The position numbers and the translations under genes are program-made. From Octopus sinensis (Eukaryota): a stretch of 64,000 nucleotides of DNA. This document shows, piece by piece, positions 34,500 to 48,770 of the stretch. Below the pieces are notes generated by a model. That model ran no database searches, was not told the origin of the DNA, and worked only from the letters and a program-made list of their open reading frames with translations. The stretch spans positions 86,986,001 to 87,050,000 of the forward strand of contig NC_043005.1 of assembly GCF_006345805.1 (NCBI RefSeq), in the 5' to 3' direction. The first letter of the stretch is position 1, and the number at the start of each line of letters is the position of its first letter.

Positions 34500-37390
34500 C
34501 AAAAATCCCGTTCTTGAGAGACTTTGTTGCATGCAATCAAGCCTTATGCATGGAACGTACGGAAACACACCTGAAACCGGACATAGCAGATGCTGAAATA
34601 CACATACCACAGTATATTGTACTACGGACCGACAGAAAAGAAAGGAGTCATAGAGGAGTTGCTATGTACATCCGCGAGGACCTCACACCCCAGGTCCTTT
34701 TGTCATACTCAAATTCGGTGTGTGACACACTAATTGTACATGTAAGGCAACTTGGTATAGTGATATGTGCTACATATCGCCCTCCAGATGCCCCAAGCCA
34801 TGTAGTCAAGTTTGAAGACAGCCTTATAAAAATAGAAGAAGTTCTAGTCACATTAGAACAACACATAAGTGTACTTCTTATGGGAGTCTTCAATCTACCC
34901 AATGTCAGATGGCCCGAAGGCCTTTCTCTCCCAGGAATGACACGATGTGAACGAGGACAGGCGAGGTCCCTCCTGAACCTCATCAACACCCTGTACATGG
35001 AGCAAGTAATACTCCAACCAACCAGGGCAGGTAACATACTGGATCTCTGCTTCACAAATAATATGGATCTCATCCATAATGTGAAAGTGACACCGACACT
35101 ACTCTCGGATCACAACATGGTAGAGCTGACCATGTACGGGCCAAAGCTTGAACTTGCTTAAGGCAAACTGGAAACAAATTGAGAAAGAGATCCTCAAACA
35201 AAACTGGCCTGAATGTCTCTCCTCGCCAGACATCGACATGAAACTTCAACAATTCATGTCTGTAATGCAAGCCATATGCTACAAATGTGTACTGTACACA
35301 AGAACAAAATCCTCAGAGAGAGCAAAATACAAATGAGACGGCGTACAAAGGTTTCCAATCGCCTAAACAAACAAATTGAAAGCAGTTAAAAGTCCCGCCT
35401 GAAAATAAAACCGTTGGAAATTGAAAAATGTCTGCAACTCTCCCATGAAAAAGAAAGAGCAGACAAAGAAGCCTGGGCTATAAACAACATAAAATCTAAC
35501 CCCCAAAGCTTTCTACAGGTATGCCAAAGAAACAGCTACAGTGCACTGTAGGATAGGGCCACTCCTTGAAAAGGATGGCACACTCACAGGAAATCCAATG
35601 AGGATAAGTGAAATACTAAATGAGCAATTCAAGAGTATTTTCACTCCACCCCGAGGGTATTTTCAAGTCAGCAATCCAACTGACTTCTTTACCACTGCAG
35701 ATATAAAATCAGAGGCAGCGATGATTGATTACATCAATATAAAGAAAGACGATGTAATAAAGTCTATAGATGAAATGAAAACAAACTCAGCTACTGGCCC
35801 CGATGGATTCCCAGCAATCCTTCTAAAAGTATGTAAGAGAGTCCTAGCAAGACTACTGCAGTTCCTCTTTCAGAGCTTCCTTGCAACTGGCAAACTGAAG
35901 AAAGGTAAAATGTGCCCTATTCATAAAGGAAGTAGCAGAGCGGAGGCCAAGAACTAAAGACCTATCTCTCTGACCTCACACATCAGCAAGGTCATAGAAC
36001 GAATAGTCAGAAGGAAACTAATCACCTTCCTTGAAGAAAATGACTTGCTGCCTGACACCCAACATGGTTTCCGACCAGGAAGAAGCTGCTTAACTCAGCT
36101 CCTACAACACTATGACTGGGTGCTGAAACGAATGCTCAACCACTCAAATGTGGAAGTGATATATATCGACTTTGCAAAGGCCTTTGATAAAGTCGATCAT
36201 GGAATGATATGTCACAAACTGCGTGATCTTGGCATAGTTGGACAATTGGGAGAATGTCTTCATGACTTTCTAAAGGATAGAAGTCAGATGGTAGTAGCCA
36301 CTTCCATTAACACGCAAATAGTGAGCGGTGTTCCGCAGCGCACTGTTTTGGGACCACTACTGTTCATAATGGCCCTCTCAGACATGCCCTCAGCCACGCA
36401 GAGAGCCACGATCACAAGTTATGCAGATGATACAAAAGTTTCACAGGCAATACAGAACCCTGAAGATACTAAGCACCTGCAATGTGAGCTGGACAAAATA
36501 TACAAGTGGGCTGAAAAGAATAGCATGCAGTTCAATGCTGAAAAGTTTCAAGCTTTATACTATCAGCATGCAAAACTAAATGCAATACCCAATGAATACA
36601 CTGGACCTGGAGGGATTGCAATCCCAGAGGCACAATCAGTGCGAGACCTGGGTATTTACATGAGTGATGATGGAAATTGGCAATGAAATGTAGGCGGCTG
36701 ACCTGTTGGATTCTTAGAACCTTTAGAACAAGAGACCAGGAAACCATGATGGTCCTCTGGAGGACACTTGTCCTAAGCCACTTTGACTATTGCTCTCAGC
36801 TATGGTCACCATCCAGTGTCAAGTTAATCACAGAATTTGAGGCGATCCAACGAAGCTACACGAAGAAGAGAGCCTCTGTGCAGCATATAAGCTACTGGGA
36901 AAGACTCAAGAGATTAAGACTCTATTTCTTAGAGCGTAAGCTAGAAAGATATGCCATAATATATATCTGGAAGATCCTAGACGGACTTGTCCCAAACTTT
37001 GGCATCGAGAGTTACACAAATGCCAGAACTGGGCGCCACTTCATAGTGCCAAGGACTCCAAATTTGCCATCAAGATGTAGGACGAGATACTGTGATAGCC
37101 TGGGCTTCCGAGGCCCACAGCTCTTCAATATCCTCCCGAAGAACCTAAGAGACCTGCATGGGGTGGATGCAGATGTCTTTAAAATAAAACTGGATCTCTT
37201 CTTGTCAGGTGTCCCAGATGAACCAACTTCCCGACAGGAGGTGCAGATGAGGGCAGCTGCATCTAACTATCTCATGCACCAAATGGCAGTTGCTAAAATG
37301 CATTCGTGAAGTAAAATCATGTAGCAACACCAAATGGCGGTGCCCCAGGATGGCCAGAGCTTGTGAGCTGAAACTAGATAAACAATTTTT
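34500..37390 (+). mobile_element. 5'-truncated CR1/L2-group LINE, ORF2 pseudogene (APE endonuclease plus RT)
   Basis: TETHL, TDR..RGVA.YI, YRPP, FNLP, PTRAGNILDLCFTN, SDHN; QHGFRPGRSC, DFAKAFDKV, SGVPQ..LGPLLF, YADDTK; several stops and frameshifts. Confidence 0.93.
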
Positions 37391-38069
37391 AAAATATAAC
37401 AAAAATAAATTTGTGTTATTTGTACAAAATGGGGAAACGTTCGAAAATGGGAAACTAATAATCCCCCCTCGACCTAACAAAAACTAATAGAGAGATTCTG
37501 AGGAAAATCTTATAAAGATAGTTATTTTGTATATTATTTATTTAGTCTACTGCCCTAAACTGTTATCTGTGGATTCTTATCTTTTACATATAAGTGTGTA
37601 TGTGTGTGCATGTGTATGTCTATGTGTGTATGTATGTTCACAACTTACTTGAAAGTAACATTAGAAAAGTAAAACTCTAAGGGCATTTGAAATAACTAAT
37701 ACAAAAATGTACGGGTGAAAAGGAAATAATTTTTTTTTTCGAAATATATTGAAATATATTGAGAATATCTTATCTTAAACAATATTGGAATCAAAGTCAA
37801 GTAGTGCAATTTTTTAAAAAAGGCTGGCGTAAATATTGTCTTGAAGGAGTCTTTCTTGGGATTAATGTAATAAAACGGAAACGTTTGAAAGTTAAGATAA
37901 TGATGCTGAGAAACTAGGTACCTGTTTCGTAATATTTAAAGTATAAGACTGTATTCTGAGAAATTCATCCAGATGCCCAGAATTGAAAACACGTAGCATA
38001 TCGTGTTACTTACGTAAGACTCTTCATTTGCAAATGCAGTGGATGATAGTCTGTGTGTGTGTGTGTATT

Positions 38070-38145
<76 letters not shown>

Positions 38146-38959
38146 TATATATATATATATAATATATATATATATATTTATTTATGTATATATATATATA
38201 ATATATATATATATGCATACATACATATATGTATGTATTTATATGTATTTGTGTGTGTGTAATAGTTAAGTGTATAATTAAATACATTAAAACCACTCAT
38301 GGAGGAATATATTTAGAACAGCACCGGTTAAGTTTCTTGTGAACTATTCCTCTACATGTTAAGCTGTTAAGATGAAGAATATGAAATATATATGAGGTAT
38401 ACAGGATGGTGTCATATCATAACTGTCTTTATAAATTAATTGTTTCCGTCACGAATTCGTTTTATTTTATACAGTGGTATTATTAAATTGTAAAGATACT
38501 TTCTTTCGGTTGATAATTGTTTACGTAAAGTAAAAACGAATGAAAGAATGTGAAAAACCTTTAAAACGATTATGTGTGTGTATGTGTTTCCTTATTTCGT
38601 TGAGAGCTATATCGAACTAAGAAAAATTATTCATATTTAGGAACAGCCAAGTAATACAAAAATATAACATCTGCGTACAGATGTTAAAAGGATTTACGTT
38701 TACAAGATTTAATATACCGAATTGCATAATCTGTAAGCAGTTTCGTTAAACGTGTTAGAAGGCATTTGTGATGAAATTTATTCTCAAATAAATAAAATGA
38801 AACTTAATTAAATGCATATAATAACTTCTGTAAAATATAATGTTTTAAGTAATTAAGTATCGGAATAAATGGCAAAAATTTACTAAAATTTATGAGCATT
38901 TATTGTCTGGTCACACTTAGTGATTCCTGTCTCAAGTTTTAGTATTCATAGAGACGGTT

Positions 38960-39170
38960 ACCAGGTTTTCATGGCATATAAGGGATCGGGACTACGACAA
39001 ACCCCATGGACGGGACACCAGTCTGTCGCAGGGTTTCTAACTGAGTGGAATGAAGCAATGTGAAATAAAGTGTTTTGTTCAAGGTCACGAACCACCGCCT
39101 GCTCCGGGTATCGAAACCCTGAACTTGCGATCGTGTGTGCAGACAGCCTAATTTTTAGTCCCCACGCGTT
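38960..39170 (-). mobile_element. tRNA-derived SINE (second family)
   Basis: Reverse strand has gggtttcgataccc (B box) followed by gtgaccttgaacaaaacactttatttcacattgc core. Confidence 0.6.
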
Positions 39171-39949
39171 CACGTATTAATGCTTTGTATTATCATAAAA
39201 TATATATGAAAAGCTATGCTAATTAAGAAACTAATGATTATTAGTAGAAATATAACGCGGCTATTACATCAGTGAACCTCATAGGGAAAGTGACTGCGTC
39301 GCTGTGAAAGGGTAAGTTAGAAAGTTACTGATTAGATCTTAAAGAAGATGCTTTCCTTTCATCAACCTGTGGAGATTCACAATGATCAGAGCTTCAGTTG
39401 TTCGACCCAAAACCGCGATACTCGGGTTTTGATGGATCGGCAATAGTAGCCAACGTACTGCTTATAATCTCCTCTTCACTTCCAGTCTAACCCCTCTCTC
39501 GTACACCATAACCAGCAAGAGGCTCTTTCTGCTGCTCTCATCCTGCACACAACTGTCTACATCTCTCTTCCATTTGCACCATTCGCTATTAACATTCCTC
39601 ACACTGATTTGGCCGGGGAATCCATCTCCTACAACCGTCATACTACAAAGGAGTGTAGGTGTGCCTTGTATAAATTATTATCGAATTAGGCATTTAATGT
39701 TTAAATCGCGTTAAAGTTGTAAACGCCTTCAATCTGCATGATGAGGGAAAATATGCTGAATAGATGAAGGGGCGGATTCGTTGTTTATCTTGTGAGCAAT
39801 CAGTTCTCAAGTATTCGACAGTCACCTGTGACTTGCACACGATTCTTAGGCTTAGACAATGCGCCAATGCTAGAAAGTTGAACTACGGGTAGGCATAGGA
39901 GAAACAGAAAATATAAATGAAAAACAAAGAAAAATAAAGAGGAAGAGAA

Positions 39950-40019
<70 letters not shown>

Positions 40020-40407
40020 CCTTGTACTGAGGTGAAATATGAATTACTTCCCTGAAATAAAGAAGAACAGGGCTAATTGTGATTGGAAATTTGACATGCA
40101 TTTTCCGTTGGAAACGACTAGTCCTCATTACCTTTTTCCCATAGATTTATTATTAGCAATAAAGCTCTACAGTGTTTCAAACTACAATATTTCCTATTAT
40201 AAACCTCTATAATTATGGTGCATCATTTTCGCATCGGATATCACTCAGCGAGCGCCCGTAAATAATTTTTAGAGGTTTGCTAAAGTAGTTTACTAACTAA
40301 ATTATTACGAGGTTGGAATGGCCATGATGCACTTTTTACAGGTTTGGTAATTTCTGATTTTGGTTATACAATTCTGCAAAATCGTGGTTTTCAATATATA
40401 TGTATAT

Positions 40408-40467
<60 letters not shown>

Positions 40468-40470
40468 ATA

Positions 40471-40500
40471 CTAGCAAACGCCCCAGCGTTCATTGGAGGG
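40471..40500 (-). mobile_element. Possible Helitron 3' terminus (hairpin plus CTAG|T)
   Basis: Reverse strand aacgc-tggg-gcgtt-tg-CTAG-T; hairpin is closer to the end than usual. Confidence 0.4.
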
Positions 40501-41944
40501 TTTGTATAAGTGAAGGTTTGTATGGGTTGTTACTTTTGTGTATGGCATTAATGATTCCTGAGACTTTAAAACTGTTGATTGTTTCTTCTAAAGAAGACAA
40601 ATTGGTTGATAGTGAATCTTAGCACAGTGAACCTTTTCAAAAATGAAGGAAAGCTGTTCAGCCCACAATATATACAACTCCCAATGGATTAAGTCATCAT
40701 GATTAACCTTAAACTTTTTGCACCCAAGCACATTCACATTAGGATAAGTAAAATGTACTCTTCAATAGTACATACCTCATGTTGACATACGTCAGACGGA
40801 ACGCTATTTTATCTCCAAAGTGAATATTGTAAGTGATATTTAAGAAATAAACAGTTCTTTGGCTTTTGCATTTGACGACTGTTGCTTTACGTATTTTATT
40901 TCGATTTTCACAGGCGTAATGGTAAGAACTACGGGATAAGTAATATTAGCTTCGAATAAAAATATAAATGGAAGTTTTAATCACCCGATGGACAAGCAAA
41001 CCGAAACTGCTACTCAATAAAGGCGCAAAAATGCATAGGAAAGTCTCTCTTCTCTCAATAACTGACACAAAAAGAGTTGAAAATCGGGGGTGAAATAACA
41101 AAATGTGCAGTAAAAAAAAATAAGGCATGTTTTTTGCAAATCAATTTTATCTAAAAAATAAACAATACCGCTTATGTTTTTAAGTTGGATGAGAAACTTT
41201 AGGCAAGTTTTTAGGTGTAACCCCCCCCCATTTCTCAGGTTTTATAAGCAATCAATTGTTCTACTTTCAGTTGAATTTTGCTGAGAATATCTTCAGAAAA
41301 TTGAGTAATCACCAGTTATTTATTTGCTTTATTTTCACTTTTTGCTCGCTTAAAATAACTGCTTTTTCCTAGTAGCTTTTCATGTCATCTGGTTTATAGT
41401 ACGAAAAACAGCCGTAAGAACACATTTGATTGCAAATGCACGTGGTTGATTGCAATTTATTAAACTAAGGGTGATATCGATTTATTTAGCCGTTTATAAA
41501 CTTGTGAAAACGCAGAAATGAATACAGTTGTTCATGCTCTAATATTTAAATCAAAAGAATTATTTCCTGTATATCATTGAAATATAGCAACAATCATAAA
41601 CAATTTTCTTTGTAGAGTTGACTTTTATTCGTAAACAGCACAGTCGTTAGTTGCTCGTCTATCTTTCTTTAAAATACACGGGCAGTGGCAAACCGAGTCA
41701 TTAATTTCAGAGATGTATCCATGTCAATGTACTTTTGTTAATACATGTGATTGTGGGCTGATCTACAAAATCTACACGTGTGTGTGTGTAAGCATGTATA
41801 CATGTGTGTGTCTGTGTGTGCTAATATATATTTACACCAACACCTATACACACAAATACACACACACATTCGTGCACGCACAAGCATACACTCACTTACA
41901 GATACAACACAAAGACACACATATATATACGTACACATACACAC

Positions 41945-42110
41945 ATATATCAAACTGAGAATGTGTGTCTCTGTCTATATGTGTGAATCGAGAACTACCC
42001 AATCGATTTCATCTAAATTTTACACATGCAGTACTGAGGTTCCATGGAGTGTCGTGGGCCAAAAAGATTTTACGTTTCTAGCTTTTACACTGTTTTGGTA
42101 TTACGTGTCA
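41945..42110 (+). mobile_element. Non-autonomous Helitron-like 5' fragment
   Basis: atatcaaactgagaatgtgtgtctctgtc...aatcgatttcatctaaatttta resembles the 5' end at 50824. Confidence 0.4.
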
Positions 42111-42376
42111 AAAGTGAAAAAATAAGATCTCTATTGTAGTGTTATATTATAATGTTTCACTTTTATTCTTTCAGATTTAATATTTATGTGATAAGACTAC
42201 ACTATTATCTCAATTTTATTCTTTAAATTTTAATTCTTCTGTGTTAACACTAAGATCATCTTATTTTACACATATACCGTTCAATTATCAGTTGATAATT
42301 AAGGTAGCATTTGCAAGGTTGCAAGGTATTTACAGTTACATATTACCTTTAAATTAACACTTAATACACGTGCTTA

Positions 42377-42496
<120 letters not shown>

Positions 42497-42501
42497 ATAT
42501 A

Positions 42502-42539
<38 letters not shown>

Positions 42540-42547
<8 letters not shown>

Positions 42548-42894
42548 ATTAGGGCTTAGTAAAATAAATTACTTTGCCACCTACTGAACTTTCTAGAAAT
42601 AGCAGCCAAAAAAGTTTTTAGCCATTTCCACTACTTTAAGAAAACTTCTCTCAGATAATGTTTACTCAAAAATAACTCACGAAGATATGGAGGTAAAAAC
42701 AGTAAAAGATCTTTGTACTTGTGCTATTCTACTGTTTTTACCTCCATATCTTCGTGAGTTATTTTTGAGTAAACATTATCTGAGAGAAGTTTTCTTAAAG
42801 TAGTGGAAATGACTAAAAACTTTTTTGGCTGCTATTTCTAGAAAGTTCAGTATGTGGCAAAGTAATTTATTTTCCTAAGCCCTAATTATATAAT
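42540..42894. repeat. Near-perfect 355-bp palindrome (165-bp arms, 25-nt loop); foldback MITE
   Basis: Arms differ at about 3 positions by manual comparison. Confidence 0.9.
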
Positions 42895-42990
42895 GTAATA
42901 TTTTGAATTCGCCTTAAATGGTCCTTTTACATACTGAACACTACTTGGTGAAATTGATTAATAACTAATTAATTTTACCCTCAATTGTTG

Positions 42991-43035
<45 letters not shown>

Positions 43036-43560
43036 ATATATATAATATATATATATATATCATTATTTGCCTCTCTGTCCGTCTGTTCCCAATGCATTCC
43101 CAAATTGTTCCACCAGATCAAATTTTACAAGGTAACAGTATCACACACCACGAGTGTCAACATTCATTTTTTAAATTTCTATTAAACGATATGACATTTT
43201 TATAGAGTTAATCCTTCTATAGTCAAATATAGTACAGGGCTGTTTATACCACGACGACGACAACGACGTTACATATATGAGTGTGTATGTGTCTGTAAGT
43301 ATATGTATGTGGGTTTATGAGTGTGTATGTCTCTTTGACTGTGTGTGTTTTCCCGTTAGGTACGTTATTAAACATACACACATCTGCACATACATATACA
43401 CATGTGTGATTGTATGTCTGTAGGTGTCTCTCTTACTATATGTATGGAACTGTGTGTGAGACTATGAGTGTATCGTCACATTCTGTATATGAATGTGTAT
43501 GTGTTTGTGAGTGTGTGTGTGTTTGTGCGCCCGTTACGTACGTTATTAAATTCACATACA

Positions 43561-45619
43561 TCTATACGTATATATATGTGGCGAGAACGGCTGGAAGTGA
43601 AACACTTAACAAAACACATGGCTGGTCCAAGGTATATAAAAATACACATCGACCGTCCGATTAACAGTCCATAATTATTGCAGTAGATGCAAGGTATTTA
43701 CAATTTAGTAAAATTAGGTTAATATACACTGCATACAAAAATATAAATGTGCTACATACAACTAATTACAAAAATAAGATTAATGTGTGTTTTGTCTATG
43801 TTCATAATTTTTTATTTAAAATATTGCAAAAAATATGCCACGAAAGAAAAACGTCATATCTTCAGAAACACCTATGAAGCGAGGAGGAGTGCAGAAAAAC
43901 GACGGCGAGAGTCTCAAGAGATAAGGGACATGACACTTTCCAAGATCCCCAAACGCATGCTGCAGCACGTCATAATGCAGTCTCAAGAAAGAAGGGAGAG
44001 GAGAGTTTCTCAAAAATCGTCAAAGACATGTTATAGCACGTGATAGATGGAGTCTTAAGAGAGAAAAGGTCACAAGAGTTATGCTGCCACACTTAATGCT
44101 GAATCATTGAAACAACGTTTAGCACGCCAGATTACACAGCGTTCCGATAGAATAACTCTCAGAAACCGACCACGTACAAATTCGTCTTTCACAACACCTG
44201 GAGCTGCTTTCAGATATGATCCATCCCATTCTTATAAAAATGATAATTTTGTCCAAATTCGTGCGCTAAACTCAAATTGTTTTTATGCAAAGCATTAACA
44301 TTTCCACCACAAATATTGTGTCGTCACTGGTACACTTTCCGGTATCATCTTTTTCAACATAACTGCAATGTATATATTAGGTTGGCAACTAAGTTCCCGT
44401 CATTTTTTAAAAGGTTTCATAAAAATAACAACTAATAGTTGTTTCCAACTTCTTCCAAAAGTTCAACAAATATTTTCAATACCTCGTTCGTAGAAATTAA
44501 CCGATTTCTACACAAATAATTGATGCAACCAAGCTCTCAATTCTGTATCAGTATTGAACGAAACTCCGCGAATAGCATTTGAAAAGATCCGTACAGCGGT
44601 TGTGGCATCACTTCCCTGCCATACGTTTGAATGGCTTCCTTGGTCATATTGGCGATATAAGGGCGAGCGTTGTCATGCAGCAGAAGAATTCCATACTGAC
44701 GATTAGGTGTTTTCTCTTGAATAGCTGTGATGAGTCGCTCCATCTGTTGAACGTAGAGTTCCGCGTTGAGCGTTTGGTTCCATTCAAGCAATTCGTAATG
44801 GGTAATCCCTTCCCAGTCCCACCATACGCACAACATCGTTTTACGCAGATAAAGATCTTGTTTCAAGCGCGGTGTCGCTTGTTTACTGGGGCTAAGCTAT
44901 TCCTTACGCTGCTTCATATTGATGTACAGGCACCATCTTTCGTCGCCGGCAACGATTCAGTAAAGAAATCGTTGCTTGTGTCAATGAGTTGAGCGATGAC
45001 GAGCAAGAAAACCAGCGGAGATTGTGGCTCGTTGATTTTTGTTGTTGTCACTTAAAGCATGCGGAACCCATGCTCCATACTTCTGAATCTTTCCCATCGA
45101 GTGAAGATGCTTCTCTATTGCAGTTTGGGAACATTCCATTTTCTCTGCGAGTTCCCTTGTCGTTTGACGAGAATTTTCGTGCAAAAGTTGGTTTAATCGC
45201 TCTTCATCGAACTCAAGTAGACGGCCAGACCGAGATGCGTCCTTGAGGTCGAAATTTCCATTTTTGAACTTGACATACCAATCACGAGCGGTTCTTTCAG
45301 CTATGGCACCCTCTCCATACACAGCACAAATGTTGCGAGCAGCTTTTGCGGACTTACAAACTTGATTAAAAGCAAAAAGAAGGAGGTGTCGAAAATGCTC
45401 ATTTTCATTTTAATGATCCGAAAAAAAAATTAATTAAGTTAACTAGAAATAAAACAAAATAGATTCCAAAATTATTCAAAAATAAAATTCTGGAAAAAAA
45501 AAATAGATTCATAGATTGCAAAATTTAGAAATACAATAAATTACAAAGTTAAAAAAAATTAACCCAATACAAACATACTATGCCGTTTTAATTCTGAGCA
45601 ATGCCGGGTTTATCCGCCA

Positions 45620-45620
<1 letters not shown>
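43561..45620 (+). mobile_element. Internally deleted Helitron remnant with nested mariner
   Basis: A|TCTATAC start; ESQERRERR-type repeats and AAFRYDP..GALN..C motif; degenerate 3' end gagcaatgccggg..CCAG|T. Confidence 0.6.
44377..45567 (-). mobile_element. Defective mariner (mellifera-subfamily-like)
   Basis: TA-TTAGGTTGGCAACTAAG TIR; EHFRHLLLFAFN, WVPHAL, GDERW, RKTMLCVWWD, LLHDNARP; YSPDL region deleted; stops. Confidence 0.9.
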
Positions 45621-45652
<32 letters not shown>

Positions 45653-45659
45653 AGGGTAG

Positions 45660-45860
45660 GAACATAAATTTGGAAAATAATGAGATAAATAGTACTCGAA
45701 TACAGGAGGTAGGGTAATATATTTTATTATGAAGGCTGCAAAAATATCACAAGAAAATGAGTCTCAGTTTCAAGTACGCATTCATCGGATGTCAAACTCT
45801 GAATAACAGTTTTTTGTGATAGTTTTGTGATGTTTTTCCAGCTTTAATAATACAGTTTAT
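45660..45860. repeat. Inverted pLTR-like remnant with decayed hammerhead at the junction
   Basis: Reverse strand CCGATGA-atgcgtactt-GAAAC-tgag; plus-strand aaactctgaataacag..ttgtgat arm is homologous. Confidence 0.45.
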
Positions 45861-46628
45861 AAATATATATGTGTGTGTATATGTGTGCGCGCGCATTTAA
45901 TTCATCTGATCTTCACCGTAACCTTATCTTTCTTTCCTCGCACATTCTGTAACAAACATCGGTTATTTTCTTTTCGTCATGTCTCTACACCTTTGGTCTT
46001 GTTATGCCTATTCTATTTCGTCTTTCAGCCAAATATTAATATATGTTTATATATGCATCACATAAAACAATACATTAGTCGGAGCACACGATAATCTTCT
46101 GTTAGGAGCGACGGAATTTCCATATCCGGTAATTCTTCTAAAAATCATCAGTCCGGCCACCATCTTCCAGTCAGATCTCTCTGCTACGATATCTATACAA
46201 TAGCAGCCTCTCTTCAGACACTGATGTCGCAAGCAGCTAACAGACTTATTAGAAATTAATAATAAACGTCTCAGATATTTAACAATTTCGAAGATTTGAA
46301 AAATTAGATTTTAACAATCCCCACTTTATAATTTAAGAATGAGCATTTTATTCTGTGCTCCATCTTATTAACGAAAATCATGCTTTCTACCTGAAAAAAA
46401 TCGCAGCTTGTTATGTTCAGATCCATAATGATATAAAAGAATCATTCACGAATTAAAATTTCATTGTTTTCAAACATCTATTACAGAGCTTCCCTTTGAC
46501 CTTTTGTTGACAATGTGATAAAGTTAAGCTTTTGTTTAGCTGGCATGATCTTCGTATTGTTTCTGTCTGGATTTCTTAATGTTAACTAACAACTATATAA
46601 CAGTCTGCTCCAATATTTATGTCTCTCT

Positions 46629-46700
<72 letters not shown>

Positions 46701-47959
46701 TCTCTCTCTCTCTACTTTTCTCTCTAACACAAACGCCCACTCCCATTTTATTTGTAAATTCTGTTATAATCCATGATTTAATTTGTCAATCTCACAATTG
46801 CTGAACATTTAAGTTCTCCTCGATCGGTAAATGTGAGATAAAACGACAAAACCTGATCATGGAACAATACGTCCGACATTACATGTATTTTAAAACATCA
46901 TTCAAATCATCTTACATACGAGACATTTTTCCTGAGCGTCAATGCTGTAAATCATTCAACATTTTTCCATATACAATGCATTTTTTCGCATGCATTATCA
47001 GCTTATCTTAGCGACTGCATTTGCTTGTGCAACAAAACTCCATTAATATAACATAAGGTCATATGTTAGTGCAATTAATGTTTTGCTTGTTTCTTCGGCC
47101 AGTAATTAATCAATACTTTTGGAATATAGTTAATTGAACTTTTAGAAACAATTTTGATAAACCACAGAAGACTTCAATTTAACAATCTAAGGATAACATA
47201 AAAGCCGATGTGTCGCCGATGTTTTTCCTTGTCTGAAAATTGAAGGCAAACACCAACATGATAAATGACTTCCACTATTACGAATGAACGAACCTAAGGA
47301 AGTAAAGACTGTTAGAAAATACAGACAGTTTAACTCAATAAGATAAAGCAAATTATATTAAATACACACTAAAATAAAATATACAATCTTTTTAATTAGA
47401 TAATTCTCCAAACACTGTCTTCTGTCTTCTCTCTCTTTCTCATCAACTCAAGTTAGTTGCCGAGATAAATTTCCATTCATTGTACTTTTTGGACATACCC
47501 GTTATTCAATTTTATAAGCCAAGAGCTGGTTTGCGAAGAGAGAGAGAGATAATCTAATCGGTTTTTGGAGGTTGTATGAAAATGCAGCTAGACTGACGCA
47601 CAAATTCAATATAGCATTGTAGGGTATCAATGAAAACATGTAAAATGGTTAGAAAATTTTGCTTCAAATCACCTCCTCGATTTTCTCTGAGTTCATTTCG
47701 AAGTGTTCGCAATTAGATACACATATGGACATAGATAGAGAGTGGGGGAGAAGAGAGGAAAAGAGAGAGAGAAAGGTAGAAAAAAGTGAGAGAAAGATGT
47801 ATGTGTGTACGTTTGTATTTATGTGCGTCTATGTATATATGTGTGTATGCATATATGTGTTTGTGTGCACCTGGTGAGATGGGCGTACACTACAGACCCA
47901 CGAAAGTTTAAGTCATATGGAATCGAGTCAAACTATTATTAAGATATATGTACACTGTA

Positions 47960-48100
47960 ATAAGAAGCTTGCTTCCCAACCACATAGTTTCAGGTTCAAT
48001 ACCATTGCACCTTGGGCAAGTGTCTTCTGCTATAGCTTCAGGACAACCGAAACCTGTGAGTGGATTTGGTAGACGGAAGTTACAAGAAAGCCATCGTATA
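47960..48100 (+). mobile_element. tRNA-derived SINE fragment
   Basis: aggttcaatacc B box, gcaccttgggcaagtgtcttc core. Confidence 0.6.
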
Positions 48101-48121
48101 TATATATATATGTATATATAT

Positions 48122-48152
<31 letters not shown>

Positions 48153-48173
48153 TGTGTGTGCGTATGTATGTAA

Positions 48174-48211
<38 letters not shown>

Positions 48212-48269
48212 GGATGTTTGTGTATCTAATGATGATGATGAGAAGAAGGAGGAGGAAAGCGCAAGACCT

Positions 48270-48430
48270 CAAATTTGGGGGAAGGGGACTAGTCGATTAC
48301 ATCGACACCAGTGTTCAACTGGTACTTAATTTATCGATCTTTAAAAGATAAAAGGCAAAGTCGACCTCGGTGGAATTTGAAAACAGAACATAGCGACGGG
48401 TGAAAATAGCACTAAGCATTTTGAAATGGC
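48270..48430 (-). mobile_element. tRNA-SINE related to 9950-10179
   Basis: gtcgattacatcgacaccagtg...ggcaaagtcgacctcggtggaatttgaa. Confidence 0.75.
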
Positions 48431-48535
48431 CAATACAACACACACCAGCACAACCACGAACAGACACTCGCATTCCCCATCGGCAACTCAAACATCTCAT
48501 GTTATTTACATTTTCCTTCTTTAACACAATATGTG

Positions 48536-48770
48536 AAGGCACGTGGCCTAGGGCTAAGAACGTTTCTCTCACAATCGCTAAAACATAGGTTCGATTCCTG
48601 GACCGAATTGTGTATTGTGTTCTTCGGCAAAACACTTCGTTTCATATTACTCCATTTTGTCTAGCTCGCCATGCCAGTGGGGTGGGGCCATTCGAAAGCT
48701 AAGACCATGAAAAGGTCATTGGGACTAGCGATGTATAACAACATCCAAAACTCTGGTTGATCACGTGAGT
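48536..48770 (+). mobile_element. tRNA-derived SINE
   Basis: A box gtggcctagggctaag, B box ggttcgattcc (48588-48598). Confidence 0.65.
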
